Assembly: GCA_026770705.1 (NCBI GenBank)
Contig: JANJGN010000011.1
Coordinates: 71,982,001 to 72,046,000, forward strand
Length of the DNA stretch: 64,000 bases
Reading direction: 5' to 3'
Origin: Isurus oxyrinchus
Taxonomy: Eukaryota
In this document: piece by piece, positions 1-14,200 of the stretch
How the letters are laid out: every line of letters starts with the position of its first letter
Position numbering within the stretch: the stretch's first letter is position 1
Made by a program: the position numbers and the translations under genes
Notes under the pieces: generated by a model
The model's database searches: none
Seen by the model: the letters and a program-made list of their open reading frames with translations, nothing else
Told to the model about the DNA's origin: nothing

Positions 1-1147
1 GGGTCCGTGTCTGCCACCTTCACCGTCCATTCTACTGTTACCAATGCACCCTCACCCTCCTATCCACCTACCCTAAAATGGGCTCCCTCTGCCCCCCTCA
101 CATTCACCATACCCTCCTACCACTCCCATCTTCAGTTTGCTCCCCAGGAGGTAGTCATTGACTCCACAGACCCCTTGCTTGCATGTTCACCTGGGCACCC
201 CACTCCCTTACCTCCTCCTCCACCCTTACTCTCTCCTTCCCTCCGAGCTCCCACCTCCCCCTGACACCTTCCCCCCCTCCGAATTCCCTCCTCCACGGAC
301 ACCATCCCTCCTCTGAACTCCCTCCTCCCCCCCGACACCTTCCTCCTTTCGAACACCCTCCCTTACACCTTCCTCCCCACTTGCACCTACCTCCCCATTT
401 GCAGCATTCTCCCCTGCTACACCTTCCTTCCCCCAAACTCCCTCCTCACCCCGTACTCCCTCCCCCCAATGGCACCCTCCTCTCCCCTCCCAACCCCACC
501 TCCGGACACCTTTGTTCCCACCCTACCAATCTCACCTCCCTGACAGCTTTGTACTCCCCTCCCAACCTCACCACCCCCACACCTTCGTCCTCCCCATCCC
601 AACCTCATACCCCCCGACAACATCCTCCCCCCTCCCAACATCAGTCTGCTGGTACGCCTTCCTCTCCCACTCACACCTAGACCTTCCTCTCCCCCCCTTC
701 ACCAATCATCCGTAGCAGCCCATTCCCAAGACCGTGATGCTCTGAAGCAGGCCCAAAGCATCAACAGTGGCCTCCCACCTTCTGAGAGCTGCTTCGTGGT
801 GAAGCCATGTGCATGAGGATCCACCCAGCACGTGGTGCACATGTTCCTCCAGTAGCTGTAGGGCTCCAGCATCTTCTTCTCCTCGGGTGTCCGCAATCTG
901 AGCCCGACTTCTGCTTATCACACTTGTCCAGACGTGTTCTGAGCTGGTGTAACAGTAAATAGGGTGTGGAGGGTCCATTCTGGTCGGGCCTTACTTTGCA
1001 TTCCATTACTGGCCTCCAGCAGGATTCATGGTCCATCATGGTGAACACCATTGGATGATCCAGCTGTGATTTCACGCTGGCGTGAAACTGAATTCTCCTC
1101 CCACCCGCCATGGCACCCACCACCAACGGGAGCGGACGATTCTGTCT
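1..1147. mobile_element. Degenerate DNA-transposon-like relic with a long C/pyrimidine-rich low-complexity tract
   Basis: 1-720 is C-rich on +. The end near 1130-1147 (GCGGACGATTCTGTC) resembles the ...GATTCTGCCC/GATTCCGCCC termini of the Harbinger-type elements elsewhere in the window. The Pro/Gly-rich ORFs are compositional artefacts. Confidence 0.4.
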
Positions 1148-1779
1148 ATGGTTTTGAGTTGTTGCCTTCTACTGCTGATTTACAAAATTTAATGGCCATT
1201 AATCTACTTGTTAAAAAGAAAAAGGAAGGAGTTATTGCGCCCACATTGAGATTTCTAGAATTTGACATTAATGATAGCAAAACTACAGAAAAGAAGCTCG
1301 TCACAATTCTTTCCATTGTCATTAAAACTGCAAAAAAACAAACTCTATTCCAATTCTACAAGCAGAAAATGTGGCAACTAGTGATTAAACTAAAAGAAAC
1401 ATGCAAATATCACAAGATTAGCTTCCGTGTTACATAAAATCATAATACTGGTTTAAAATGGTTTTCAACAATGTTTTCTAATCTCCAGCATATCTATAAA
1501 TTAAAGTGCTTAATATCACAACAAATGTTTCTTCCTATTTACATTAGGTAGCTTGGTGGAAGAGACTTAAGTCCAAAATAAGCTAGTATATAATCATTAT
1601 ATGGAAATTCACAGAGTGTTATGGACATCTTCCCAAGTGTGTTTTCTCTCTAAGCTACTACTCTTATTTTAAACTAGCAGGATGAAATTAATGTTGGTAG
1701 TTGATAAAGATTCATTCATACATGAGACTTCATAACCAAATAACATACAAAAATAAGTTGGATGTAAGCTTGGGCTCTT

Positions 1780-2520
1780 TGGCATCTGTTATTTGAGCAC
1801 CCTAAGTGCCATTCACTGCCCACACAAACTTCTGCTATAAATTGCACCAGGCGCAATCTTTTATGTGTGTGGCTTCTTCCGGGCTGGAGCTGGAGATATT
1901 AACAACATCTTGTAGTTTGCCATCTACTGTTGCACTGAGACGCTTATGCAAAGAAAGTTTCCTACTTGTTATTCTCTCTTTCCAGAGAAAAGAAGGCACA
2001 GTGAGCACTTCAGGATTATAGGCTTCCCCACTGTGGAGGGTGCCACTAACTAAACACAATTTGCTTTGCAGGTAGCACATGTCAACTCTTCCATGTACTG
2101 GAGTCAAAAGGGATTCCACTCCCCCAATGTCCATAGGTAGTGCATCATACGGGTCAATGCCCAGCATCCTGGATCCTGGCAGCAGTCATGATGCCTTCAT
2201 TCTGCAGCTGTCTGCTGCGCCAGCTGCATTTTAGCCACCATGGCAAAGCAAAGGGTGGTTACTGGCCAACTAGCCTATCTGTGGTAACATGGCTCATGAT
2301 TTGGATTCGCAACACATGCATACATGTGCAACATGCATACATTGAGAGCAATGCTCTCACAAGACATGTGATAGAGCAGGCAATTGGAGAGCTGAAGTAA
2401 CAATTCTGCTGCCTAGACTGCTCTGGGGGATCCCTGCAGTAATCAACTGATAGGTCTGAAGTTTCATGGGGGGTCTCCCTGCATGCTACACAATTTTGCC
2501 ATCATGAGGAGACAGTCCTT
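1780..2520 (+). pseudogene. Degenerate Harbinger (HARBI1-like, DDE_Tnp_4) transposase
   Basis: Hand translation across stops and frameshifts gives SQKGFHSPNV, GSSHDAFILQ, GWLL, TWLMI and RHVIEQAIGELK*QFCCLDCSGGSLQ, matching Harbinger motifs NRKGxHSxNV / PGSxHD / IExxIGxLKxRFxCL. Confidence 0.8.
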
Positions 2521-3429
2521 GTCAACAGAGTAAGTGCTTGAGATGGGGGAGGAGGAGGAAGAGGGGGAGCAGCAAGGTGGAGGAGGATGAAGAGAGGCAG
2601 CATCCAAGACTGCTTGGACTGCATGTGAAGAACTAATTTAAGTGCAATATTGAAATTCTTGTCTGAGTCCTCTGCAGCAGAACTCATGAGCAGCCTCACC
2701 CTCAGCGAGCTGGCACCTGCAATATACTTGCTCTCTGCCCTGGTTGCTGTCTCCTGCCTCTAATCTATCCATTTCATTAGTATCTGAGCTGGTCAGAGAG
2801 AGCATGAAATCAAGTGATGGCATGTCTTCTTGAATTTCCTCCACTGCCTGGCCAGGTCGTACTTCGTAGGTATCTAATATCAGAAAAGTACATAGGTAAG
2901 GTTTGGTGAGGGGAAGAAGGGGAAGTAAGAGGAGCATGCTTATACCACCTGAAGCTTTTAAATCAGAAGAGATTGTGGGATCAAGAGGAAGTGAGATATG
3001 AGAAGGAGGAATAGGTATGAGGATATGGAATCTTCAGTTGATTCAGCCCTGCTGTTCGTCACAGGCTCAGCAATGGCTGCTCCAATAATGGCCATTACCA
3101 TCATTGCTTTGAGTGTTAGGACCACTTGTTCCCCTACAGTTATCTCTGGCTGCATTTGGTTCTGTACCACTTTCCCATGCGAGAGAGAGGGAAGTATGTC
3201 AGTAAGTGTTGTGCAATCTGTTTGGTGGATGTGGGTGTCATGGTCAAATGGCAGGCAATTTTTGCAAGCTGTGAGATGTGCATGTGAGGCATGCAGCAGT
3301 GCTATGTGTGTGATGGTGCAATGGGGTATACTAATGTTAGGAAGGAGTCCTCATTGATAGGGATTGTTGAAAAATGGGTGATGGGCATGTGGTGAATTCA
3401 GGAGTGTCTAACGGTGTAGTTAGTAGGAT

Positions 3430-3660
3430 ATGACATTTGAAAGTGCATCCACATGAGCACTCATGTGAGGTCTTTGAGCTTGTGGCTCCTAGAATGAATT
3501 TCAGAGGACGATCTGCTCGATGTACTTTTTGTGTATATCTGAAGAGCCTCTTGCCCTCTGTGGAATCAGGGGATCTCTATATTTTCCACCTCCTCCATCA
3601 AGGTCTTCAGTGCAGCATATCAAAATCTTGGAGCCTGCTGTCTTCTTTGTTGCCTCATTC
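3430..3660 (-). pseudogene. Degenerate Myb/SANT-like accessory gene of the Harbinger element
   Basis: Minus strand reads RQQAPRF*YAALKTLMEEVE, like the start of Myb_DNA-bind_5 domains. It is convergent with the transposase, as in two-gene Harbingers. Confidence 0.55.
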
Positions 3661-3739
3661 TTCGTTGTTTTGCAGTTCAGATTCAATTCCCTCATGACTT
3701 GCATGACTCTTCATGATGTTGAACAGCATTACTATTGCT

Positions 3740-4375
3740 TAATCCCCCACCATCAATATCCTAGGGGTCACTGTTAACCAGAAGCATAACTGACCGAGCA
3801 ATATAAATACTGTGGTTACAAGAGCAGGTCACAGGCTATCAGATCTGTGATAGGTAACTCATCCCCTGATTCCTCAAAGCCCATCCACCATCTGCAAAGC
3901 GCAAATTAGAAGTGTGATGGAATGCCTAGTCCTGTGGCTTCAACAACATTCAAGGAGCTTAACACCATTCAGTCCCCTTGATCAGCACCGATCCACCATC
4001 TTAAAATTACATTCCCTCCACTACTGGGATACAGTGGTAGCAGTGTGTACCATCCACAAGATGCACTGCAGCAATGCTTTGACAGCATCTTCCAAACTGC
4101 GACTTCCACTGCCCAGAATAACAAAGGCAGCAGGCACATGGAACCACCACCATCTGCAAGTTCCCCTCCCAAGTCACACATTATCCTGACTTGGAATTAT
4201 ATCACCTATCCTTCCCTATTGCTGGGTCAAAATCCTTGAACTCAGCACTGTGGATGTACCAACACCATATGGATGGCAGAGGTTCAAGAAGGCAGCTCAC
4301 CACCACCTTCTGAAGGGCAATTAGAAATGGCCTTGCCAGTGATGCTCACATCTCACAAATGAATTTTAAAAAAAT
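3740..4375 (+). mobile_element. 3' fragment of the tRNA-headed LINE family
   Basis: Homologous to the reverse complement of the 3' part of 11250-14418 (TVVAVCTIHKMHCSN). Ends in ...CACATCTCACAAATGAATTTTAAAAAAA. Confidence 0.85.
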
Positions 4376-7300
4376 GACTGCCAGCTCCTACTCCAGACAC
4401 AATGCACCTCCCTTTTCAGAGGTACAGGCTAGCTTTAATCAGTGCCTGGATGTGATTATTTTGGAACCCTTGCTGATGCATGTATCCAATAAGCTGTGGT
4501 GTTACTGCTGGCTGCACGCAGCAATCATCCTAATGATCAGGTTGCATGAAGTTGGCATGCTGCTTGCATTTCAATAAACAGGAGGGGTTTAATTGCACAT
4601 TGCAATCCCCCTGCCTATTTTAGGGTCTGTCCAATTTAGCTCCCATTATGTTTGTTTTTATAGTCATAATAACTTTGTGTCAAACGTATGCAAGTGCATT
4701 ACAAATACCTGATGACCCTCAACAAAAAATGATATACTGAAGGAAAGTGCCCTCTATGCAGCTTTTATGATTGTAATTTTTTATCGCTTATACCAATAAT
4801 GTCAACACATTCACGCATACAAATAGGATTATCATTCCAGGGGTGGATCAGATTTGTTTCAAGTGGGAACTATAAAATTATTCTTGTAATGCTAATGTTC
4901 GAAACCTTAATGTACTGATATCAAATATTTAAAATCTCATATCTTTAAACCAACCAATTCCAGTTCTCCATGTGCTTGTCTTTAATGGCGCCAAAAAATA
5001 ATCAAATTATTGGCTACCACGTTCTATAAGTCTGTTAGTCACTTCTACTACTATCACAACTCTCAGATTGTGATTAATAAAACACTATAAATAATTGGTC
5101 ACAAAATGATTCCAAATATCGTCTTTATATGTTAGCACATTTCCTCCATTCACATGGTGCATTATATGTCTTGAAATAGTTGAAGAGCAGACACAATGGA
5201 GAGTCTGGGTCATGTAAGTGATGTTAATTGTCTGACACACTTGGCCAAAAAAAAGAAGATAGCATATAGCTCATAATGCAAACTGTCATTTTCTGAATGG
5301 AAATATCCAACACCATCCAATGATGTCACCAGAATAAACAATAATATTATAGAATAATTAAACATAATCAATTTTCAAGCATAACAAAACAAAATCTTTT
5401 AATTCTATAGTATATCAATAAACTCCTTTTTCTTTGGATTATTTTCAGTGATAAACTATTTGTAGGTTTGATTAAATATCTTGGCAGCTGATCAGCATTG
5501 GAGCTTCTCATTAGCTCATATATTGCCAACAAATGAAAGTTATGGCATAAATTAAATGTATAAAAATTGCTCATCTGTGAAATACATTTTTTTTTAAAGT
5601 GAAATTTGCTTTACAGTGTAGATTGTAATGATAGTAGAAAACAGAAAATAATTGCCCAGGCTTCACCACTAACTTACCAACTATCTCCATTACCTCACTG
5701 CTCAAAATGTCTTCCTTAAGTCTCTGTTATTCCTTAATGTCTGTTATTTAACCGTCATTTAATTTCATGTAATGTTGATTTGAGTGCAGGAAGATTGTGA
5801 GGTTACCTGGGAACGATACAGATATACAAATCCTAAATTATAGAGAACAGCAAAAGGTATCACTTAAAATAAAGTAAAATTAATATAAAAATGCAATATT
5901 GTGCAGTAATAAAGTTACACATATAGTATTAAAAATTAAGTCCTATGCTCTCAAACACGGATATAGATGGAGTTGTAAAAGTTAGCAGTAAAAAATCTAC
6001 TTGAACTCAAATGTCAAATTTAGAGTGCAAAATCATTATGCTTTTGGCATTTCAGTCTTTCCATAGAGATGTCTCTAGCTAATGTCTGGCATAAAACCAA
6101 TGCAGGTGCTATACAAATACACCTAGTATATGTAATTATTGATTGGTTTATAATGCTCCTTCAGTTTTATAAAATTTTCTAGATCATATAGAAGTAATGT
6201 AGTTCCTTTAAGAAGAAAGCAGTCAGGGAAGTATGAATAATATCTCCAAAAGAAAAGTTGCAGCCTCCCTTGCCCAGGCGCTCCTCTTCAAATGCAAGAT
6301 CCTCCCTAAAACTCCTCCCTGCCTACATACAATTGGACAGGGAGCCAGGGATCATCTGATCTTCCTTCCCACCCCCTACCACCCACCCACCCACCCCAAA
6401 CCCCCCACTCCCCACAGCCACTTTGCAAGTACCTGTAATTGTAATAGTCCAACTAAGATCAACTATCTCAGTAAACATTGACAATCGGACCTCTTTTGTC
6501 CTGGCTTGTGAGGCTAGCTAATCACTACTTTAACCAACTGAGTGACAGGACAAGTGGGATGGAAATGCTACACCCATCCATTTATTTGACGATTACTTTT
6601 AATGAATTTAAATATCTGTTTTGCATTGATCACATTTTTCTGTGGAGGTATTTGGCAAGGACTATAAAAAGAACAGTAATGGGTTTATAATAAACAAAGT
6701 TATATTATGAACAGTGAATAAAATGTTCACTATATATAGTATGACAACTTTTATTTTTTGCAACTGTAGGCAAACCATTGAAGAAAAAATAAATTGTGCT
6801 TTTTTTATTCGTTCTTGGGATGTGAGCATCGCAGACAAGGCCAACGTTTATAGCCATTCCTAATTGCCATTGTACGAGTGCTGGTGAGAACCCTTCTTGA
6901 ACCACTGCAGTTAGTGTAGTGTAGGTGCACCCTCAATGCTAAGGAGGGAGCTCAAGTATTTTGCCCATCAACAATGAAAGAACAACAATATAGTTCCAAG
7001 TCAGGATTGGTGTGTGACTTGGAGGGGAACTTGCAGGTGATGGTGTTCTCATGTGTCAGCTACCCTTGTCCTTCTAGGTGGTAGAGGTCACGGGTTTGGA
7101 AGGTGCTGTTGAAGGAGCATTGGGGAGTTGCTGCAGTGCATCTTGCAGATGGTACACAATGCTGCCACTGTGTAGTAGTGGTGGAGGAAGTGAACTTTTA
7201 AGGTGGTGGATGGGGTGCCAATCAAGTGGGCTGCTTTTTCCTGGATGGTGCCGTGTTTTTGGAGCTGCACTCATCCATTCAAGTGGAGAGTATTCCATCA

Positions 7301-8157
7301 CACTCCTGACATGTGCCTTGTGGATGGTGGACAGGCTGTGGGGTGTCAGGAGGTGAGTTACTTGCTGCAGGATTCCTGGCCTCTGACTTGTCCTTGTAGC
7401 CATAGTATTTATGTGGCTGGTCCAGTTAAGCTTCTGGTCAATGGAAACACCCCAGGATGTTGGGGGAAATCAGTGATGGTAATGTTGTTGAACATCAAGG
7501 GGAGATGGTTAGATTCTCCCTTGTTGGAGATTGTCATTGTCTGGCATTTGTGTGGCATGAATGTTCCTTGCTAGCCCAAACCTGGATGTTGTCTAGGTTT
7601 TGCTGCATGTAGGCATGGATTTCCTCAGTATTTGAGGAGATCTAAATGCTGCTGAACACTGTGCAATCATCAGTGAGCCATCCCCACTTCTGATCTTATG
7701 TTGTGGGGGAAGATCATTGATGAAGCAGTTAAAGATGGTTTGGTCTAGGACACTACCCTGAAGAACTCCTGCAGCGATGTCCTGGAACAGAGATGATTGC
7801 CTCCAACAACCACAACCATCATCCTTTGTGCTAGGTATTACTCCAACAATTGGAGAGCTTTCCCCTGATTCCCACTGACTCTAGTTATGCTAGGGCTCAT
7901 TGATGCCTCACTTGGTCAAATGCTGCCTTGATCTTAAGGGCAGTCACTACTACCTCCCTTCTGGAATTCAGCTTTTTAGTTCATGTGTGGACCAAGGTTC
8001 TAATGAGATCTGGAACCAAATAGCCCTGGCAGAACACAAACTGAGCATTGGTGAGCAGATTGTTGCTGAGTAGGTGCCACTTGATAGTAGTCAATGACAC
8101 TTTCCATCAATTTACTTATGATTGAGAATAGACTGATGTGGCAGTAATTGGCTCATT

Positions 8158-8912
8158 GGGTGGAATCTTCTTGTGGCATGGGGGGATCTTGCCTGCCGGC
8201 TGGAGACCTGGCAAGATACCTGCAGTGCCTCTTTACGGGAAGGCCTACCAAGTCATACACCAATCAGGCAGTGGTGAGGCCACCAGTGGGTCTTCCCCTG
8301 GAATCAAGACCTTTGGCGCAGAAGTCCTGACTAGCAAGTGCCACTGGCCAATCAGAGGCCAGTAGCTCTTCTGCTCACTGAGAAGGCCGTCACTGCTAAT
8401 GTAAGCACAGGCATCAGAGTCCCAGGATCACGGAGGATGCAGGCTACAGGCAAATAATGTGGGCGAGGGGGGGGGGGGGTCACAGTGTTGGGGGTAGCAG
8501 GAGAGGAGGGCAGGGAGCTCAGAAACAAGAGCAGGGGGTGGCTCTGAGTGGGCCACCCCTCCTTCTCAATGCACTAATTGCCTTTGGTTGAGGGAACCCC
8601 CCCAAACCCTCTGAAGTGACAAGCTGCCTGCACAGGTTCCCCTGTCGGCACGCCACTTGGTGACAGCCCTGTTTGCAGCTCAGTTAATCCCAATAGCAGC
8701 AGGATAAGGCCCTTAAATAGTTCTTAGATCGCCCCTGAAGGGCCTCAATTGGCAGCGGGATGAGAAGGTTGACCAGGGGCCTTCCTGCCCAGAACTTAAT
8801 TCTGGTGGAGCTAGAAAGACAGCGGGGTTCAGGTAGGGTTCACACACCCTACCTGAGTAAACAACCTTCCTGCCTCCAGGCTCACCACTAGCTAGAGCAG
8901 AAGATTCCGCCC
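8158..8912. mobile_element. Non-autonomous Harbinger-type DNA transposon (MITE-like)
   Basis: TIRs GGGTGGAATCTTCT / AGAAGATTCCGCCC (13 of 14 complementary). 3-bp TSD ATT at 8155-8157 and 8913-8915. The LINE sequence rejoins across it. Confidence 0.85.
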
Positions 8913-9722
8913 ATTGAATTTGTTCTGCTTTTTGTGGATAGGACACACCTGAGCAATCTTCTACAATGTCAGGTAGATTGCCAGTGTTGTAGTTGCACTA
9001 AAACAGCTTGGCTAAGAGTGTTGCTATTTCTGGAGTATAAGTCTTCAATATTGTTTTAAGGCCAATAGCCTTTGCGGTATTCAGCATCTTCAGCTGTTTC
9101 TCGATATCACATGGAGTGAATCGAATTGTCTGAAGGCTGGCATCTATGATTGTGAAGAGCTAGGAGGAGATGGATCATCCACTTGGCACTTCTGGCTGGC
9201 ATTAGATGCAAATGCTTCGGCCTTGCTTTGCATTGACGTGCTGAGCTCCCCCATCATTGTAGATGGTTGTGATTTTGGAGCTTCCTCCTCTGGTCCATTG
9301 TTTAACTGTCCACCACCATTCATGACTAGATGTGGTAGCACTGCAGAACTTTGGTCTGGTATCACTTAGCTCTGTCTTTAACATGCTGCTTCTGCTATTT
9401 AGCACGTTTGTAGTCCTGTGTTGTAGCTTCACCGGGTTCGCACCTCATTTTTAGTTACGCCTGGTGCTGTTCCTGCCAATGCCCTCCTGCACTCCTCATG
9501 GAACCAGGGCTGGTTGCCTAGCTTGATGGTAATGGTAGAGGATCTGCTGGGCCAAATGGTTATAGATTGTGGTTGAATATAATTCTGCTGTAATTGATGG
9601 CCCACAGTGCCTCTTAAATGCCTACTTTTGAGCTGCAAAATCTGTTCTGAGACTATCATATAGCATAGTGGTAGTGCCACACAACACAATGCAGGGTGTC
9701 CTCATTTTGAAGACGGGACTTC

Positions 9723-10417
9723 GAGTGGAATTTTCCAGTCCCACCCCCTGTAGCGGATTTAATGGCGGGCATGGGGAAACAATGCAATGGGAGCTGAAAA
9801 GTCAGTTTCTCTCCAGCATAAAATGATGGCAGGACCTTGCGCTCCCGCCCACAATGACAGAGGCTGGCGTGAAACCGATTTGCATCACATTGATGGGATG
9901 CAGATGAAGGCCTGACTGGAATTGCTCTCCATCCCCCAATCGTCCACGCACCAGCAGGAAATCAGGTCCGTCCAGAATACATCTGGGCCAACACGGCACA
10001 TACATATCGGCACTTTCATGAAGAAAGCCTGGGTCAGCCTCTGGAGCTCGGGATGGAGGCCTCCAGCGATCGTGGACTCTGAAACATGCTGTAGTGTGTG
10101 GGGGGAGCATCTAACAAGTGGATCTTCCTGCTTCAGAGTGTTCCTGGAGGTCCATCTTTTACCTTCAGGAGGTCCATCTTCTATCTTCAACGTTGGGTCA
10201 GTTATGTCCAGATGCCATTTAAAAATGGCACCCAGATATGGAGCACAAGTCATCCAGCCTGCCCACTGTGTGATAGGTCGTAAAACCCCACAATGCATAA
10301 ATTTAATGAGGCCGGTGTCATGCAATATAGCAGGAGTTCTCAGCAACCTCCACGATGGGAAACCCCCCCCACCAGGCCCCGCCACTAGACTTAGTCCCAG
10401 AATGGAAAATTCCGCCC
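9723..10417. mobile_element. Non-autonomous Harbinger-type DNA transposon
   Basis: TIRs GAGTGGAATTTTCCA / TGGAAAATTCCGCCC. 3-bp TSD TTC at 9720-9722 and 10418-10420. Nested in the LINE. Confidence 0.85.
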
Positions 10418-11249
10418 TTCATCTCCTGTATTGGTAACTCCTATGAATACTGTCACGGATAGATATATCTGTGGCAGGTAGATTGGTAAGGGTGAGAACA
10501 ACAAGGTTTATCACTCTTGATGGTTCCCCCACCGCCTGCTGCACACCCAATCTGGCAGATACATCCTTCAGGACTTAGCCAGCTTAGCCAGCAGTGGTGT
10601 TACAGAGCCACTCTTGGTGATGGACATGGAAGTCCCCCAGGCTGAGTACATTCTGTGCCCTTGTCAGCCTCAGTGCTTTCTCCAAGTGGTGTTCACCATG
10701 GAGGTACCACTGATTCATCAGCTGAGGAGAGCGATAGGTGATAATAAGCAGGTCTCCTTGTCCATGTTTGACCTGGTGCTATGAGACATCATGGGGTGGG
10801 GAGGCAATGTTGAGAACTCCCATGACCACTCACCCCTGACTGTATACCATTGTGCCGCCACCTCTGTGAGGTGGGACAGGACATACCCAGGGCTGATGAT
10901 GGAGGTGTCAGGGACATTGACTGCAAAGTATATTTCAGTGAGTATGACCATGTCAGGTTCTCAGGGACAACTCTCCCAATTTTGCTGTCCAGATGTTAGT
11001 AAGGAGGACTTGGCAGGGTCAACTGGGCAGGGTGTGCCTTGGCTGTTTCTAATGCCTAGGTTGATGACAAGTGTCCATCCAGTTTTATCCTTGTTCAACT
11101 TCTTTGTAGTAGTTTGATGCAACTGAGTGATTTGCTTGACGATTTCAGAGGGCAGTTAAGAGTCAACCACATTGCTGTGGGTCTAGAATCACATGCAGGC
11201 CAGGCCAGATAAGAAGACAGATTTCCTCCCCTAAATTACATTATTAATC

Positions 11250-14200
11250 TTTTTTTTATTTATTCATTCACAGGATGTGGGCTTCACTGGCTGGTCCAGC
11301 ATTTATTGCCCATCCCTAGTGGCCCTTGAGAAGGTGGTGGTGAGCTGCCTTCTTGAACCGCTGCAGTCCATGTGGTGTAGGCACATCCACAGTTCTGTGA
11401 GGGAGGGAGTTCCAGGAGTTTGACCCAGCAACAGTGAAGGAATGGCGGTATATTTCCGAGTCAAGATGATGAGTGACTTGGAGGGGAACCTCCAGGTGGT
11501 GGTGTTCCCATCTATCTGCTGCCCTTTTCCTTCTAAGTAGTAGTGGTCATGGGTTTGGAAGGTATTGTCTAAGGAACCTTGGTGAATTCCTGCAGTGCAT
11601 CTTGTAGAAGGTACACACTGCTGCTACTGTGCATTGATGGTGGAGGGAGTGAATGTTTGTGGATGTGGTGCCAATCAAGCGGACTGCTTTGTCCTGGATG
11701 GTGTCAAGCTTCTTCAGTGTTGTGGGAGCTGCGCTCATCCAGGCAAGTGGGGAGTATTCCACCACACTCCTGACTTGTACCTGGCAGATGGTGGACAGGC
11801 TTTGGGGAGTCAGAAGGTGAGTTACTCATCGCAGGATTCCTGGCCTCTGACCTGCTCTTGTAACCACAGTATTTATATGGCTAGACCAGTTCAGTTTCTG
11901 GTCAATGGTAACGCCCAGGATGTTGATAGTGTGAGATTCAGTGATGGTAATGCAATTGAACATCAAGGGGTGATGGTTGAATTCTCTCTTGTTCGAGATA
12001 GTCATTGCCTGACACTTCTGTGGCAGGAATGTTACTTGCCACTTGTCAGCCCAAGGCTGGATATTGTCCAGCCTTGCTGCAATTGGACATGGACTGCTTC
12101 AGGATCTGAGGAGTCGCAAATGTTGCTGAACATTGTGCAATCATCAGTGAACATCCCCACTTCTGACCTTATGACGGAAGGAAGGTCATTGATGAAGCAG
12201 CTGAAGATCGTTGGGCCGAGACACTACCCTGAGGAACTACTGTGGTAATGTCCTGGAGCTGAGGTGACTGACATACAACAACCACAACCATCTTCCTTTG
12301 TGCTAGGTATGACTACAACCAGTGGAGAGTTTGCCTCCTGATTCCCATTGACTCCAGTTTTGCTAGGGCTCCTTGATGCCACACTTGGTCAAATGCTGCC
12401 TTGATGTCAAAGGCAGTCAGTCTCACCTCACCTTGGGAGATCAGCTCTTTTGTCCATGTTTGAACCAAGGCTGTCATGAGATCAGGAGCTGAGTGGCCCT
12501 GGCAGAACCCAAAATGGCATCAGTGAGCAGGTTATTGCTAAGCAAGTGTCCCTTGATAGCACTGTTGATGACCCCTTCCATTACTTTACTGATGATCGAG
12601 AGTAGACTGATGGGGCGGTAATTGGCCGGTTGGATTTGTCCTGCTGTTTGTGTACAGGACATACCTGAGCAATTTTCCACATAGCTGGGTAGATCCCAGT
12701 GTTGTAGCTGTACTGGAACAGCTTGGCTAGGGCGTGCGGCAAGTTCTGGAGCACAAGACTTCAGTACTATTGCCGGAATACTGTCAGGGCCAGAGCCTTT
12801 GCAGTATCCAGTGTCTTCAGCCATTTCATGATATCACGTGGAGTGAATTGAATTGGCTGAAGACTGGCATCTGTACGCTGGGGACCTCTGGAGGAGACTG
12901 AGATGGATCATCCATTTGGCACTTCTGGCTGAAGATTGTTGCGAATGCTTCAGCCTTATCTATTGCACTAATGTACTGGGTTCTTCCATCTTTAAGGATG
13001 GGGATATTAGTGGAGCTTCCTCCTCCAGTGAGTTGTTTAATTGCCCACCACTATTCACAACTGGATGTGGCAGCACTGCAGAGCTTTGATCTGATCCGTT
13101 GGCTGTGGGATTGCTTAGCTCTGTCTATCACTTGCTGCTTAGGCTGTTTGGCATGCATGTTTTATAGCTTCACCAGGTTAACACCTCATTTTTAAGTACG
13201 CCTGGTGCTGCTCCTGGCATGCCCTCCTGCACTCTTCATTGAACTAGGGTTGACCCCTGGCTTGATGGTAATGGTTGAGCGGGGGATATGCCGGGCCATG
13301 AGGTTACACATTGTGTTCAAGTACAATTCTGCTGCTGCTGATGGCCCACAGTGCCTCGTGGATGGCCAGTCTTGAGTAGCTAGATCTGTTCGAAATCTAT
13401 CCCAGTTAGCACGATGGTAGTGCCACACAACATGATGGAGGGTATCTTCTATGTGAAGGTGGGACTTCGACTCCACAATGACAGTGCAGGAGTCACTCCT
13501 ACCAATACTGCCATGGACAGGTGCATCTGCAGCAGGCAGGTTGGTGAGGATGAGGTCAAGTATGTTTTTCCCTCTTGTTGGTTCCCTCACCACCTGCCAC
13601 AGACCCAGTCTAACAGCTATTTCAATTAGGACTCCATCAGTAGTCCCTCACCCAGAGTACATTCTGCACCCTTGCCACTCTCAGTGCTTCTTCCAAATGA
13701 CGTTCAACATGGAGGAGCACTGATTGATCAGCTGAGGGAGGGCGGTATGTGGTAGTCAGCAGGAGGTTTCCTTGCCCATGTTTGACCTGATGCCATGAGA
13801 CTTCATGGGGTCTAGAGTCAATGTTAAGGACTCTCAGGGCAACTCCCTCCCGACTGCATACCACTGTGCCCCACCTCTGCTGGGTCTGTCCTGCCAGTGG
13901 GCCAGAACATGCCCAGGGATGGTGATGGTGGATCCGGGACATTAACTGCAAGGTATGATTCCGTGAGGATGACTATGTCAGGCTGCTGCTTGACTAGTCT
14001 GTGAGACAGCTCCCCCAATTTTGGCCCTAGCCCCCAGATATTAGTAAGGAGGACTTTGCAGGTCAACAGGGCTGTGATTGCCGTTGTTGTTTCCGGCATC
14101 TAGGTTGATGCTGGGTGGTATGTCCGGTTTCATTCTGTTTTTGTGACTTTGTTAAAACTGAATAGCTTGCTAGGCCATTTGAAAGTGACAGTGGATCTGG

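Larger units (their letters stand above)
6800..11248 (-). mobile_element. Degenerate near-full-length LINE (APE-RT), tRNA-headed family, interrupted by two DNA elements
   Basis: A-rich 3' end near 6800. RT and C-terminal fragments (MEYSPLEWMSAAP, VAALCTICKMHCSN) and APE fragment (VILTEIYF). Collinear with 11250-14418. Confidence 0.85.

Noticed and set aside
11595-12248. 217-aa plus-strand ORF
   Set aside because: Antisense shadow of the LINE RT.
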